Assembly (NCBI GenBank): GCA_905178155.1
Contig: CAJINV010000005.1
Span: forward strand, 5,917,754-5,981,753
Length of the DNA: 64,000 nt
Reading direction: 5' to 3'
DNA from: Amoebophrya sp. A120
Taxonomy: Eukaryota; Protista; Dinoflagellata
The notes below the pieces were generated by a model. That model saw only the letters and a list, made by a program, of their open reading frames with translations. It did no database searches and was not told the DNA's origin. Both the position numbers and the translations under genes were made by a program. Positions 12,353-26,800 of the stretch are shown here, one piece after another (position 1 is the stretch's first letter; every line of letters begins with the position of its first letter).

Positions 12353-15300
12353 TCACTTCAACGTAGTTGATGTCGTGCTGTCCTGCACAAACAACGACCC
12401 ACCTACCAGTGGACTGCTCCCTCGCTCGGACTCGAAAAACAGCGACATCCTTCGCTCGTACATTTTTTCCTTTTCGTCCTCGTAGTCCAATTCTGTAATC
12501 GCCGAATGGGTCTGCCAACACTCCGGAATGGAGTTGTCATCCTCTACAAGCTCGAAGGGAAACAAGACCACGGACGGCTCATAGTCTTCTCCTAGGTCGA
12601 CGTCGTTTTCAACTGCAATATCGCAGTTATTCTTCCTCGTTGTGGTCCGCCTTCCAGAAAATTCATATTCATGAAATTTCTCTCCTCCACCTTCTTGCCC
12701 CTGCTCATCATGTTCGGGATTATAGCTTTCGTTCGCAAATTGAACTTCCGAACTGTCCTCAATTTCCTCGAACTGAAAATCATCCTCAACCGGGGGGAGG
12801 TGGTCCAGTTCGTGGCCAGTAACGTCATCTTCGTCCTCGTTGTACTCGCCCCCGTCCCCGTGGAAGTTGTGTAGTTGACCCTCGTCCACCTCGTCACAAG
12901 GATCATGCTCTTCGTTTCGCTCGTGGTCTCCTGCTTCCTCGTAAAAATATTCCTCCTGGCTGAAAGAACATCTCCTGCGCATTGTCTGGTGAAACTGGTC
13001 CTGGTCCGCCACAATAATCGTATTTTCATAACCCGGAGGTGGGTCGTGTGGGTCCTGATCTAGCAGGCTGCTAGCTGGCCGGGAAGTACTAGCTGCTGCA
13101 GGTAGCGAGCGGCTTCTAGGCTCAGGTGTGATCATCATGTCATTTGTAGTAGTCGACATCCCGCCCCCGCCGGGAAAGGGCTGGTGCAGCAGCGTGCCGT
13201 AGTTCCTCCAGGTCTGCAGCGTGGCTTCCCGATGCTGGTCTGTATCATGTGTTGTATGATCAGCCTGGTGCATCACGCAATCTTCGATATCAGCGTCTAT
13301 GTCTTCGTTCTGGTTTATTCGGTGCTGAATGCTAATATTTTCAACCCTTCTCCGTGTCCGTTCCTCCTCGACGCTGTCTTGGATTTTGTTAAAGAGCACA
13401 TTCGTCGAGGTGTAGTGACGGGCGCGTGATGAAGTACAACTACGATTGATGTTCTGATCACGATCATCATGATCTTCCTCCTCGTCAAAAAACGCCCCAC
13501 TGCGTTCTTCGGCCTTTTGTGCTGCTCGGGGGAAATAAAAGTCGCGACCTACGAGGTGGTCGTCCTCCTCTTCTCTGCCGCTGCTGTTCCGCCACTGACC
13601 CAAATAGGGTTGGTTGTGGCTGTACTGGGTTTTCTTGTTTTCAATGAACTTATCCTGCCGAGGATCATGGGAAGAACGGTTGACAAGATCTTCACTCCTT
13701 GCTCGTCTGGCGTTGTAGTTGTACCGAGGCCCGCCTGTCCTCGTGGTGACACAAGCAGTACTTCCAGCCGCATTGATGTGCAACTGCGATGTTGCAGCTG
13801 CTGTTTCTGCTGCTGCAGCCGCGGCTCTCCGTCGTCTTGCGGCACGCCGGCCGCCCCTACCTTTGTTGCCGCCCTTGCCGCCTTTTGCTGCAGAAAAAGT
13901 AGCGGCCGTGTTGTTGTTCTTGTTCTTGCCAGCTGCATCGAAAGAACTCCGGCTGCTGGTATCCTTGTGATTTCTGGAACAGGAGGACGAATCGACACGA
14001 TAGCGATAAGTGGTGGAATATGCAATGCAAATATGTCTGGGTCTGGAAGAATGAAGCCTGTCATGCGAAATCTGGATCACGAGATGAAAATCTGTGTTGC
14101 ATGAACGCCAACAGTTACCCAGCTCTCGCTAGGCAAAAGGGGAATTTCTCATGCGGAAGCGGCATGGGGAAGGTCTTAAAGAATCTGTGATGCTTCTGCC
14201 TGCATTACAGACCATGAGTGTGGTCCGCGAGATGCATGACAAATCTCGCAACTTTCGAGACCGAGACATTTTTGCATTTGATATGGAAGTAGTTTTTCCA
14301 TTCGCCTTTTTCACACCAACCTTCGATAATTTCGAAGAGGAGCTTGTGCTACCGCTCCGGACAAAGAGATGAGCTCCTGCTGGTGCCTTCTTGCTGTAGT
14401 TCTTGTTTCTGTTTCCTCTCTTGTTCGTCCAAGAACTCCTTGACTGCTTGTTGTTCAACATCGTAGAAGTTGCTACAACAGTACTGCTTTTCCGGGTCTC
14501 GGCTGTGGTGCTGGAGAAACAAGAGGAGGAACGGTTATTGTAGTTCGCCATATTTGTATTGCTGGTTGGCACACCCGCATAATGTTGGTGGGTCTTGTTG
14601 TAAGAGTTGTGCTTCTTGTGACCACCTTGCTGTTCCCCACACGGAGTGCTAGTGCTGCGCTGCAGCATCACACCACCATTTGTTACGTGATACTCCTGTT
14701 GATCACGGTACTCATTTTCGCAAGAGCTTCTCCCATGGTTGTGCTCCTCCTCGTAAAAATAACTCGCAGGAGAACTACTTCTCTCCGACAAAGACTGCCA
14801 AGTTGACCTGCTGTTCGGAACTACTGGCACTACAGGAGGTGAGCTCCTACTCTTTTTCAGCCCCTGACTCTCCGTTTTGTAAAAAAAAGAGGACGACGAG
14901 GGTGCCCGGGTGGTGGCGGTCGTAGAGGAAGTTGCTCTTGTTGTCCTGGATTTTTTCTTCCCTGTTAGTTCTACATCACGTGGTTGATTTTCAACATGTT
15001 CCTCTTCTTGTCCTCCGGAACTGCAAGTCGTGCAGGGGTCGTGAGGAAGATTCGACATAGAAGAAGGAGTGTAACCCGCGACCATGTGCGCCGAGCAGTA
15101 AGAAGGAGGTGCACAACTTGTCGGATGAATAAAACCAACGTAAGGCAGTCCCGCTGGTGCAGGCATGACCATGGCCGGTGGCGGTAACAAATGCGATGCG
15201 CTGTGGAAGCTGGTTAGACGTGGGTCAACACAGGGGGTTTGGTGGTGGTAAACAGCTGGCATACAGCTGGCCGGGACTCCTGTGGCGGGGCAGGGTGGCA

Positions 15301-15934
15301 CTAGTAACCCGGCGGGTAAAGCTGGTGCTGAAACTAAAGCCATTCCGACTTGGACTGGATGGTGCCCCGCCGCGGTCAACATCCGATTCTGTTGCTGTTG
15401 CGCCATCATGTGCTCCTGTTGGTGATGCAGCGCTTCTGCAGTTGCCAATGCCGCCTGTTGTTGGGCTCCCATTAGTTGCGCTGTCGTGAAGCCCCCGAAT
15501 CCAGAAAAGCACGACGAGGAGGACCCTGGTGTCGGCAAATGCTGGTGCTGGTGGTGCTGTATACAACATGAATTTGTCGCGGCACTGCCAGTAGAAAACA
15601 CAGCTCCTGTGGTGGAAAAAGAAGAACTAGCGAAAGATGAAACACGACTACCGCAACAGCCTGGGTGTAATGATGAATGTTGTGCCATCATGGTGCCAGA
15701 GGCTGTCGACATAGCAGACAGACACCGCTCCCTCTTGGCAGCTGAAGCGCGCCTCGTGCGTCGTTGTACATCGACATGCTGGTGCTGTGCGGTGGAAGAT
15801 GCTGTACTAGACTGCTGCCGTTCGTGCTCCTGGTGTTGCGGATGAAGGTTGGGGCAGTAGAAAGAAGACGCGCTCTGCTGCTGCAGCTGGTACGCAGGAG
15901 CCGCGGCGGGGTTGTTAGTGTACGAGTAAAACAT
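12353..15934 (-). CDS. Low-complexity (Ser/Gln/His-rich, acidic C-terminus) hypothetical protein, at least 2 exons
   Basis: ORFs 14129..15991 and 12353..14080 are in the same frame and join as KTTS|TTYRY on removing 14019-14283+5 nt. Likely start MFYSYT. No domain recognised. Confidence 0.7.
14019..14283. mobile_element. Introner family B (~265-270 bp)
   Basis: IR tatNNNNtgcaaatatgtctgggtctggaag; perfect TSD tggaa; removing 270 nt keeps frame. Confidence 0.9.
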
Positions 15935-17800
15935 GATCCTAGTACAGCTTGAACTTGTGCTTTGCTGCTTGAGGACCAATAAATAAATCAAAAAAAATAT
16001 ACAAAGTGCTGGAGCTGGCGGTGACCGTTAATAAACCAGATTTCTATACAGGTTCTTGTTTGGTTTCTGTCGCTCGCACGCAAATTAGAGAAAAAAAAAC
16101 ATGTCAAAAAATTGCTCATGGTTGCTTAGGGCTTTGCGGTTAGTCGTGAGAACTTGAAGGCAGCTCAAGTAGTTGTAGTCGATCACGCTCGCAGCCACAG
16201 TAGTTTTAGATAAAACGGTGATTAAGAGTACTCGCTTGTTGTGCTAGATTGTTTTTCACATTTTACAACGGTAGCATAATCGTTATAGTACAAAAAAAAG
16301 TTGTTCTACGTTACATTCATTCTACTTGTTGTTCTCACATGTTGTTGAGTTCCAGACAAGCTTTCTCCGTCGTTGTGGTAGGATAGAAGTAATGTAGTGC
16401 GGATCATCCAAATCAGTAGAGGCTGTGACTGTGTGGTACAATTACAAATGGGAATAACGTAAAAAAGGTAGTGGTATGTAAAGAGACTTAGACGGCTCTC
16501 ATTTTTCGGTACTACAGAACGACAATCCGAGAGCAGCGCATTGCTTTCGGAAGGGAAATGCTTGCAGGTCACGAAACGAATAGTGCAGTTGTTCTTGTTT
16601 TGATGCCGGGAAATAGAAGAACTATGCTGAGAAGACTATCTTAATCTTCCTCTTTCTTTGTCTTTCTCTTTCTAGGAAAAAAAAAAAAATATAAGCTCGT
16701 TACAAGTGGCGTCCTAGTTGCTGATATTTGTAGAACTTATACTGTCGCCTCTTAGTTAAAATCTATATCATACAACCGTTCTGTCTTCTGGTCTCATATG
16801 CATATTAGTCACGTGCTCTCCTCGACTACGTCCTCCCTGCCAGTGGCGTACTCGCCACCTGTAATTCAAGGTTTTTTTCAAATAAAGAAATGAATTTGAA
16901 TACGGGAGTTCAGGTTTCACATCCATCAGCAGTTCTATTTCATCTTCGTGAGGATCTCTTTGAGATCTACTTGTTCGGGCTCTTTGATCTTTCTCAGAAA
17001 AGTAGGATCTACTGATTTTCATCATCCGTCCGCCTCCGCCCGCAAAGTTTGAACTTGGCGCGCGCCCAAGTAGTGGGTGGCTAGGATCTAGAACAAAGAT
17101 CTTTTGGAAGGCTCGGGGACCGAATGTTTTTTGAGCCGTGGGGTTCTCACAACTGGATCCAGCTAAAAAGATTTAGATTGGGTTATATCACGTTGATCTT
17201 GATGGCGAAAAGTTATTTATTAGATCTGTTTCTTTATTTCAAGGCTCTAGATCGCACGACCGCCGATAAGCTGCACTACTTCATCCTCTTCCATTCATTT
17301 TATCCCTGAGCGGCATCTATATGATTTCCTTCGTTCTCACCAAACACTAACCCTATCGGTAACGCAATTTCGTTAAAATGATCCTTCTGGTCGCACAACA
17401 GTCGCGCTACTGATCAAAAACATGGCAAAGCTAAAAGACTTCAAAAGTCCGCAGAACAGGTCGGAAGTACTCCGACCGATCGACAGCAGAGATGATGTAC
17501 TTCATAAAGTAGTACAGCACGCGCAGGGCCATGTGCTTTTACTTTATTCGTTGCCAACATTCTTGATCTTGAATAAAAACGACCACATTTTTGCACCACT
17601 TCTAGTAAGCCGGATGTTTATGTTTTTGAAATAGAAATCTAGGATTGTTCGCTTGCGCTTCTGATGTAGTGGAAATAAGACATCAATGACATGATTCCCG
17701 ACCTTCACCTTGTTCTGACGTAGCCACTACTCGTGGCCATATCAAAAATGTTACGGACGACGAGCTCCCGCTTCCTCAAAGTTGTATTAAACATGGTTCC

Positions 17801-20800
17801 TCATGACCCCGTCGTAGTTCCAGCCCCCGCGGCAGCCGAACTTCCACCTCCCTGAGCTACGCCGGCCGCTGCAGCTGCACCTTCTCCTGTAGTTCCTGGG
17901 TTCGCGGCGAACATTGCAGGAGGAACACCACCAACAGCACCAGCCGGACCCGCCACACCGGCTCCTGCGGGCATCGGCATGTAGATGGTTTGGATGGTCT
18001 GTTGCCCCGTCATGGGATCGATCGTGGCAATCTGCTGTGGTACCAACATCATCGGTTGGGCGGCGCCGGGGGGCTGCATCAGCATGGGCTGGGCAGCGAA
18101 CGCCGGTTGTAGTTGTGGTTGCTGGTGCATCATCGGAAAATTCGGGACGGATGCGGATGGCGTCGTGCCTGGCTGCACTGGTTGCATGGGCATTTGCATC
18201 ATTGGTTGCTGTGGTTGCATCATCATCGGCTGCATCAGGGGTAGTTGTTGCGGCGCAAACATTGCACCTGTCTGCGGCTGTGCTGGCTGCTGCTGCTGTA
18301 TCCACAGTAAATTTCCTGTACACGTACAAATGCGGTCTCTGCATGGCAAAACTTGGCTTCGATCCTAGTTTAGCATAACAAGTTTCACACTCCAAATGCG
18401 GGAAATTTGTGATGCATCTTGTACATGTACGGGAAATTTGTAATTGTATTGCATATGCTGTACAGTCATGCTATTAACCACGTTCGCAAACGCGTTGAAA
18501 GTTGGAGCCTGTTGTAGAGGTTCTTGTCCTTCTTGCGCCGCAGGAGCTCCAGTTACAACTGAGCTTACTGCAGCCGCCGTTCCTGCTGCCGCACTGTCAT
18601 CTGCTGCGTTCGTACTATTCTGTTGCTCCGACGCAAGCTTGTCTCTGGTCTTCTTATACGGACCCCTGACATATGCGCTAGTTCTCGTGTATGACAGTCC
18701 ACTTGCAGCTTTTGCCTTCGCAGCCTTGGCTGGCTTCACCGAGACAAGTGCAGTACTAGATGAAGATGATGCTGCGGCAGGAGCCCCGCTAAGAGTACCT
18801 GTTTTGTTAGAGGAGGAGGTCGCGGCGGCGGTATTGGTAGTTCCTGCTACTTGTCCTCCACCTCGCTGACTCATCTTATTGCTCCTGCTAGCTGCCACAA
18901 ACCGCTCCTGAATCACCTTATCTCCCTCCATAATCCGCTCAATGTCCTCCCCCAACAGATTTCGTTTGCTCTCGCTGATCAAGACATTCGGGCCGAGAAA
19001 GTACTGCTTCTTCTTTATGCATTGCGAATATGTCTGGGTCTGGAAGGATGCGAGGTTTGCGCTTGCCATGCGCATTTTGCATGACTCCTGATGTCTGTGA
19101 TGCATGCCCTAGCGTCACAGATTTTGGGAGGGCTTCCTGATGCCTATACCGCATGAGAAATGTCCTCTCTCCGGGGGAAAAACTGGACCTCTTTTGCTGT
19201 TCATCATGCAATACAGATTTATTGCAGAATCCAAATCCAGCATCACAAGTTGCAGTCTTCCAGACTCAGACATATTTGCAGTGGATATTCTTCGGAATCA
19301 TGCGGTTCGGGAATTCGGAGAGGGCGGGCTTGGTTTTGATCTTGTTGTCCTCGGAGACAGGAGATACAGTGTCCTTGTTCGTGTTCCCCTTAGCTGACTT
19401 CATCATCTTTCGGCCAGAGGTGGTCGCGGCTCCTTCTGCTAGCAAAAGCGAAGCTGTTGTACTTTTTTTTTCTACTTTCGGATTCCCCTCCGTATCGTAG
19501 TCCGTCAGCATCTTCAGCTGATCTAAATCCGCCTGCGTTTTCCGTCCCTTGGACGCCCGCACGCGCTCCGCCCCGTTGCGGTCGAAGAGAAGCGGATTTT
19601 TCCTCCTCTTGAAAAGTTTTGGCTTGAACAGCTTGTACTTGGAAAAGAAATTTGGAGCTCCTGCGCTACCAGCTACTTTGGACGCCGATGCAGCTGCACC
19701 TGCTCCTGCTGTTCCTGCTGCGTCGTCGTCGTGGTCAGCATCTTGATCTTCATCCCCGTCGTGGTTCGCAGAAGTCGGCAGCTCACGTCGGCCATTGTAA
19801 AGTTTTTCCAGAATCGATTTGGTGATTTTGATTTTGTTCACCTTCGAAGTAGCTACCCCTCCCGGTCCACCTCCAAAACTCCCGTAGAAATTCTGTTTCG
19901 GCACGCAGAGTCCCACCTCCCGTTTCCATTTCGAAACCACCAGCGGCCGCTGTTTCTCGACGTGCAGGTTCAGCTCCTGAATACGCAATACACGCCGTTT
20001 CGTGTCGATGAGGTCCTGTTTGAAATCGTCCTTGAACGGGAGATCGTGGAAGAAAAGCGGGGTTGTGTACAGAAATTCGCTGGCCAGACGCTTTTTCCAA
20101 TTCGTGAGACCAGGAGTAGTTGAGCCTCCCCCGCCTGGCTGGATTAATATCTCGTCTTCGGAGTCGTTCGTCTTCTTGTCGTGCAACGAAGATGAACCTG
20201 CTCCGAAGTAGCTCCTCTGTTCCAACACCAATCCCAAGTCCCGACTTGCAAACAACTCCTCCATCGGCAGAATGGGCAACACGGCGTACAGGCGTAAAAC
20301 CGACCGCAGCCAGGGCAAGGCCGTGTCGAAATCGTGGCGGGGTAGGAACTCGCAGTTAGCGTAGTGATGGAAAGAGTGGTCAGCCGTGTCAGTCTGAGTG
20401 TTTAAGTTTAATATCATCGGAGGTGCCTGCACTGTCGCGAAGGGGCAGAAACGACGGTCGAAGAAGAAGTCGGGTCTGCTGGAGGAGCTGATGTTCGGTG
20501 TTGATGATTTACTTCTTGTAGTTCCCTTCTTTGCGCCGTCCTTTGCGTTCTTTTCCTCTATAATTTCCTCAGTCCCAGTTGTATAGCTGGTGTTCTCCTC
20601 AACCAATCCGTAGCAGGGGTCAATCACGTATCGTGCAAAAAAAGTTGTGTTTTGAAGTGTAACAAATTTGGGCATCATATTCATAATGCAGTGAAGACAA
20701 CATCAACACATCAAGCAAGAGTAGACAACTACGAAGCACCAAAACTTGTACTTGTACAACTGCAGAAGTAGACCCTGCTGCACATTAGAGAAAATCTGTC

Positions 20801-23800
20801 ATGCGTTACTGAAGCCCTCAAATAAATCGTTAACGCTTAAAAATACACTTTTTCTGTTTGATACCACATGCAGCCCCTCCGCGGAGGAAACGGTGGACTC
20901 AAAGGTTCGGGCGTACGGATGTTGTAGTGCAGTCGATGAAACCGCTCCTGATGACTTTGATTTATTTCCACACCTCTTCACCTTCTTCTCCAGATTTTCG
21001 AAAAACGTGGACGCGCTGAGCCGCTGGCCGTGAAAGTCGCCGATGGATTCCATGGGAACGCGGAAGTACATCGAGAAAACGCCGTAGGTGGTCTTCTTTT
21101 TGGTTGCATCTGAAGGAGCTTTCGCCTTACTACACGAGGAACTTGATGTTGTACTAGGAGCGGTATACACCCCCTGTGGGTAAAACCACACCTCCGCGGG
21201 GTCGTGGCGGTCCAGGATTTTCGCAACGGTGTCTACAAGAATCTTCGGGACGTGGTATCAAATGCAAAAGTGTCTGGGTCTGGAATGTTGATGCCGGGTT
21301 TGTCATGCATATTTTGCATGACCCAGGATGTCTGTAATGCATGACCCAGCATGGCAGATTTTTAGAGGGCTTCCTGATGCCTATTCCGCATGACAAATGC
21401 CCTCCCCGCGTAGCACAAACTAGACTCCCCTTGCTGATCATGCAATACAGATTTTTTGAGAGTCCAAAGTTAGCATCACAAGCTCCAACCTTCCAGACCC
21501 AGACATTTTTGCATTTGATACGTGAAACTTCTCCACGAATTTCTCGTGCAGCTTCCACCCGTGGGTCTTCACCGCGATAACCTTCTTCTTGTTTGTCGAC
21601 ACATTTGCTGACGAAGAGGCCGCAGGCTTGAGAAGAAGACTTGTATTTGAGGACGCTGCACCCGGGACGAGATGATTCTTTACCGAATCCAAATCGAATT
21701 CGTCCCTCTCGCTGCTGCCGATTTTCACCACAGTTCTATTTCCCGCAATGTAGTTGTTCTGTGATTTCTGACCCGCCGTATTTGATCCCGCCGCAGCCCG
21801 TTTTTTCTTCGTAGTTGTCCCTGCCGCGGCGGAGCTACTGGAAGAAGATGAAGCTCCCCCACCACGAGCGCTTTTTCCACCAGGTTCGAATCCTGCTTGA
21901 TCCTGTTCTTCAGGACCACTACTTCTATCGCCCACCACCACCACATCGTCAAAGCACGTGAGAATCTTCCGCTTCTCAAAGTTTTCCTTGTCGATTTCCT
22001 CAAAATCCTTCAGCAATTTCTCGTCCACATTCGCTTCATTGACCGCAACGCCGGTCGAGTCGAACAGAGCGCGTTCTGGGATCAGAAATCTGTGCAATTT
22101 CATCGAAAAAGCAGTGGAGAAATCATCCTCGAGGACGGCTGGATTTTCAATCATCGTCGCGGTACTAGTAGTTCCAGTAGAACTTGACGACGGTTGTACA
22201 TCTACTCCTGCCCTAGACAAGAAATCTTCCCCCACTTCCACAACTTTCCCCCGTGCATAATCCGGGACGATGTTCAGTCTTAGCAAACGCCAAAACGCGT
22301 GGTTCGCGCGGTTTTGGTGCAGGAAGGCACGGAGAATGGTTTGCTGCTCAAAGTAGGTGGTGAGCAGGTTCTTGTGCAGGTGCTCGATCTTCTTCGGGTA
22401 GGCAAATTTGTCCTGGTCGGGATCGGTGTGGTAGTTCGGGCAGGGATTGAGCATCTCATCCAGTTTGAAGCGGGACACTTCCCGCCAAAATCGGTGTGCG
22501 TTATACATTGCAAAAGTATCGTACTAGTGTGGGTCGCGTGACAAATTAGCTCAGTATGAAGAGAAATGGAGTCTGTCATGCTGATTTGCCTTGAGATGGA
22601 GGTTTGTAATGCATGACTGCGATCACTACGAGTACGATACTTTCGCATTGGATACGCGTATAGCTGCTGCGATTTCAGATTTGGCGAAAACTGCTGCTTG
22701 TCGTTCGTACCGGTCTGATGCCCAACATCTTCCGTAGTTCTTGTGTCATCAAAATCATACACCACGGGGCGGTAGGGATAGGGTTTTGGAAGGCGGAAGT
22801 TTTTTGATGACGACGACGACGACGACGTAGAAGTACTAGCTGCACTCGAACTCGTGCTATCACGGTAGGAAACTTTTGGAAAGTATCGGAGCGGCTGGGA
22901 AGTGGACTCTGCCAGTGTAGTTGTTGTACTGGAGGTGGAAGATGCACCAGCTACTGCGCTTGCTACCTTGTTCTTTGAAGTAGAAGCTGAAGCAGTGGTC
23001 GCTCCGGACGATGAACTCGTCGCGGAAAGTAAAACAGCGTTTCGAAAAATCCGCTCCATCTCCCCTGCCTCGTACGGCATGGGCTGGTGCGCAAATCTGG
23101 AATCAATGTATTCGTCGGAAGTCGGCTGGAGTGGGGGCGACTGGGGCAGCTCTACCGACTTTTTCCGGGCGGTGGTGGAGGACTTGTTTTTTGAGTCCAC
23201 CTTGTCTTTTGTTGAGTTCTTTTTTCCTGCTGCAGGCCCTGCTGCTGCTGCTGCAGCTCCCATTTTGTTCATTTTGTTTTTGCTTCCTGTTTTGGTGTCT
23301 GCAGGGGCATCTTTTTCTTTATTCTGTTTTTTCCCGGATTTACTGGTCTGCTCCTCTTTCAACTTTTTTTTCTTGACTGCTGTTCCAGCATTTTTGTCCT
23401 GTGCAGCTGCCGGGCTCTTTGCATCGTCATGACCTTCTTCATTATCGGCCGAAGCACGACGATCATTCCCGGAGAGACCAACTCTTTCCCCCCGCCAGAC
23501 CCCGTCGCCAAACCGTTCTTCTAAATACTCCTTCTGTTGTTTCCGCATTTTTTTCTCCGTTTTCTTGTCCAACAACATTAGTGCGACCTGGAGCTGATAC
23601 AGCAGCTCTTCCGCCTGCTCGGTTTCCTCTTCGTCGTAATAGTCGTGGGGATCGGGGTTGGCAGTAGTTGTATTTGAGGTGCTCGCTTTCATATCATCTT
23701 TTGCATTTGCGCCGGCTTGTTGAAATAGAAATTGCTTGCTCTCTTTTTCATCCCCCCGACGGTCTTCCACCGTTTGCTCCACGGAGCCCTCCACTTCCTT

Positions 23801-26800
23801 CACGACATAGCACTTACTCGGCAGTCGGGAAAATAGCTTCGAGCGATGTAGATGAAAAGCATTGTTTATTGTTTTCGCTGCAGACGAAGAAGATGTGTTC
23901 AAGTTCATCATCTTCTGCTCCAGCGAAAAATTATCCAGTTTGTTGCTTGTAGTTCCGGCGACGTTGTCCTCTTGTTCCTCAGCGTCCACCATTTCGACAT
24001 CACCGGTTTCATCTACATTCAGTTTGTCTTTGTTCTTCCTCTTCTTCGCACTGCTTTTATTGTTCTGTCCCAATTCTCCTTGACAACTCACTGTTCCACC
24101 ACCTCCCGGTGGACTGTTCAACACCTTTCGCCGCTTCTGCTCATGCTTCTTCTTTTTCGTCGAAGCATCTTGTAGTTTAGCCGCGGCGGATGAACTTACA
24201 ACTTTATCGAGCGCGCTGTCGTTTTTCTTGTTCTTTCCCATTTTATTCACCTTTTTCGCGGCAGAAGTTGTGGCTCCACCTCTGGCACCACCGCGACGAC
24301 CGTTTTTCTCATCGTCCTCGCCGCTGCTTTCCACAACTATTACACGATCTGCACCATCTTCCGAGTCCGAAGAGAGTTCGATCACGTCGTCGGCGATTTT
24401 CGGCACCAGTTCCACATCGACGATATCGTCAAAGTCATCTTCTTGGAGGTCATCCCCGGCTCCTCCCGCAGCACTGGCATCGACTTTTTGCTCCACGCTA
24501 ATCATGCTCTCCTCGAAAAATCGGTCGCGGGGGACCACCTGCCACTTCAATTTCTCGAGCAGCAGCTCGCCCGACACGATTCTCCGGAACTCCAGATTGC
24601 ACCACTTCACGTAGAGCAAGTTCTCGGTGACGTTTTCCACAACGCATTGGTACCAACCGGTGACAAACAGCGGATTCACTTTATTCATCGACGACTGGTG
24701 CTGGTGGTGGTGCGCGCCGGAAGTGGTTGTATTTGCCATGCTGCCCCCGATGTTGAAATTCTGGCCAAAATTGTTCGTAGCTGCTGCCCCGCCACCACCA
24801 CCTCCCGCCGCTGCTCCTGTATTATTGTGTCTCACCTGCAGGTACTCGAATTGCTGCTCCACAGTTAGATTTTGCCCACCTCCGAGAACAACACCTCCTG
24901 CACCACCAGTTCCAGCTCCACCGCCTGCGCTCAACAAGCTGTCTCCACTTCCGAACCGCATTCTGTTGGTGTTCATGTTTTTAGACAAGGAAAATCGCAG
25001 AAGTTCATCAAAAATCGAACACCCCCCTGCCCGGGGCTCCCGGGGAATATAGTTGATTTGTGTGGGCCCCAACCATCGCGCATTTCCCCCCAGCGGAGCC
25101 CGCCCCACCATCCCATGCCGCTGGCATGCGTGTCGCTTTTAGTTCTCACGCCTGCGCATGTACTAGCCGACGCGATCCCAACATTTGCTCTGCAGCCTTG
25201 CTCCGGTTCAAAGGAGGACGCCTATGACAGAACAGCTCGAAGGGGTTCGAAGATGGCGCGCTTTCGAAATCAGCGCCATTGTTCCGAAAGCGTTCCCGGG
25301 TCCTATTTTTTGTCCTGTCGCAGGGCAGAGCGCTTCCACTTTCTCACTTGAATCTCTCGCGCAGCTCGAAATATGTAAAGCAGCGCCAGTACATTCACCA
25401 GCAGAACCACCCAAAGCGCCAGGAGCAAACGGGCACCCGCCCAGCCTGCGTCCCAGCCCCGGCCCGGTTGCCGGACGCGCCGGGCGCATGCGCTTTCGAA
25501 AGCGCCGCGCCTCCGTCGGAAATCGGCGGCAAGGCCGGCCGCGGTGCCAGTGGCCTGGGCCGATGCGATACGTTTTGCGGATGCGGCCTCCGCCCGATGA
25601 CCGGAGGCGCCCCGACCGTCCCGTCTCCTGTTGTCGAAAGTTCTTGGCAGATGCAAAAGCGCGCGGCCTTGCGCCCGCCTTGGCTGCGAAGAACAGGCGG
25701 CGCGACGTTCTTTCTCCTAAAGGCCCTCGGCCGTGGGTGTCTTGGGGTGCGATTGTCTTTAAGACATAGCGGGCGCGAAGGCAGTAAAGCGAAGAAGGCG
25801 AGAAGAGAAGGTCGGGAGGATTTCTTGTCCGAAGGCGAAGTCGGGGGGGGCCCCCAGGGGGGTGCTCTAGGGGGGTACTTTTTTGGGCGCGGAATTCTTC
25901 AGTTTTAGGTGGGGGAAAGGCTTTCCAAGGGGGGTGCTTTTTGGGGGTGCTTTTTTTCGCAAAGAAGGGGGCCCCTTTGGCTGCCCGGCTGGGGCCCTCG
26001 GCGGCCGCGGAAGCAGCTTTTTTCGCTTTTGCGAAACAAGAACGCCGGCGGCCCCGGAGCCAAGCCGGAGCTCGCCAAGCTGCCCCCCTTCGGACCGGCC
26101 GCCGCCCCGGCCGCCGGGCAAAAAAACCGATCGCAGCGAAGGCGGGCAAAAGGCCGCGCGCTTCTGCCTCTGCCGGAAACTTTCCAGACTGGGGCGAGAC
26201 GTTCGGGCGGCCTCCGGCCATCGTGCGGAGGCCGCGCGCTCAAAGTGCATCGCACCGGGCCACGCCACTGACATCGTGGGCGGCCTCGCCGCCGACTTCC
26301 GACAGGCGCGCGGCACCTTCGGCGACGCCGGTGCCCGGCACTTCCGGCAGCCGGGCCGGGGCGGGGACAAAAACTGGGCGGCTGTTGGTTTGTTACTGGC
26401 GCTCTGGGGGGTTCTGCTGGTGAATATGATGGCGCTGCTCTACATTATCCGGGCTGTGCGAGCGATTCAGGCGGCAGGCTGGAAGGGTTCCGCGCTGTGA
26501 CGGGACAAGAAACGGGGGCCGGGAACGTTTTCGGAACAATGGGACTCATTTCAAAGGCGCACCACCTTCAAACCCCTTCGAGTTGTTCTCTCATAGGCGG
26601 GCGCCTTTGAACCGGAGCAAGGCTGCAGAGCAAATGTCGGGGGCGTTTTGCCTAGTACATGCGCAGGTGTGAGAACTAAAAGCGACACACTTGCCAGCGA
26701 CAGTGCATGGCGGGGCGGGCTCCGCTGGTGGGAGATGCAAGATGGTTGGGGCCCACACAAATCAACTATATTCCCCGGGAGCCCCGGGCAGGGGGGTGCT

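Noticed and set aside
22506-22650. Alternative boundary using the perfect cattg repeat (140 nt)
   Set aside because: It is also in frame, but the other family A copies extend to TAT..ATA with outer TSDs, so the 158-nt model was preferred
25185-26500. Overlapping 200-337-aa ORFs in the foldback core as a transposase
   Set aside because: They are Arg/Pro/Gly-rich and open on both strands because of high GC; no DDE, HUH or tyrosine-recombinase motif is visible
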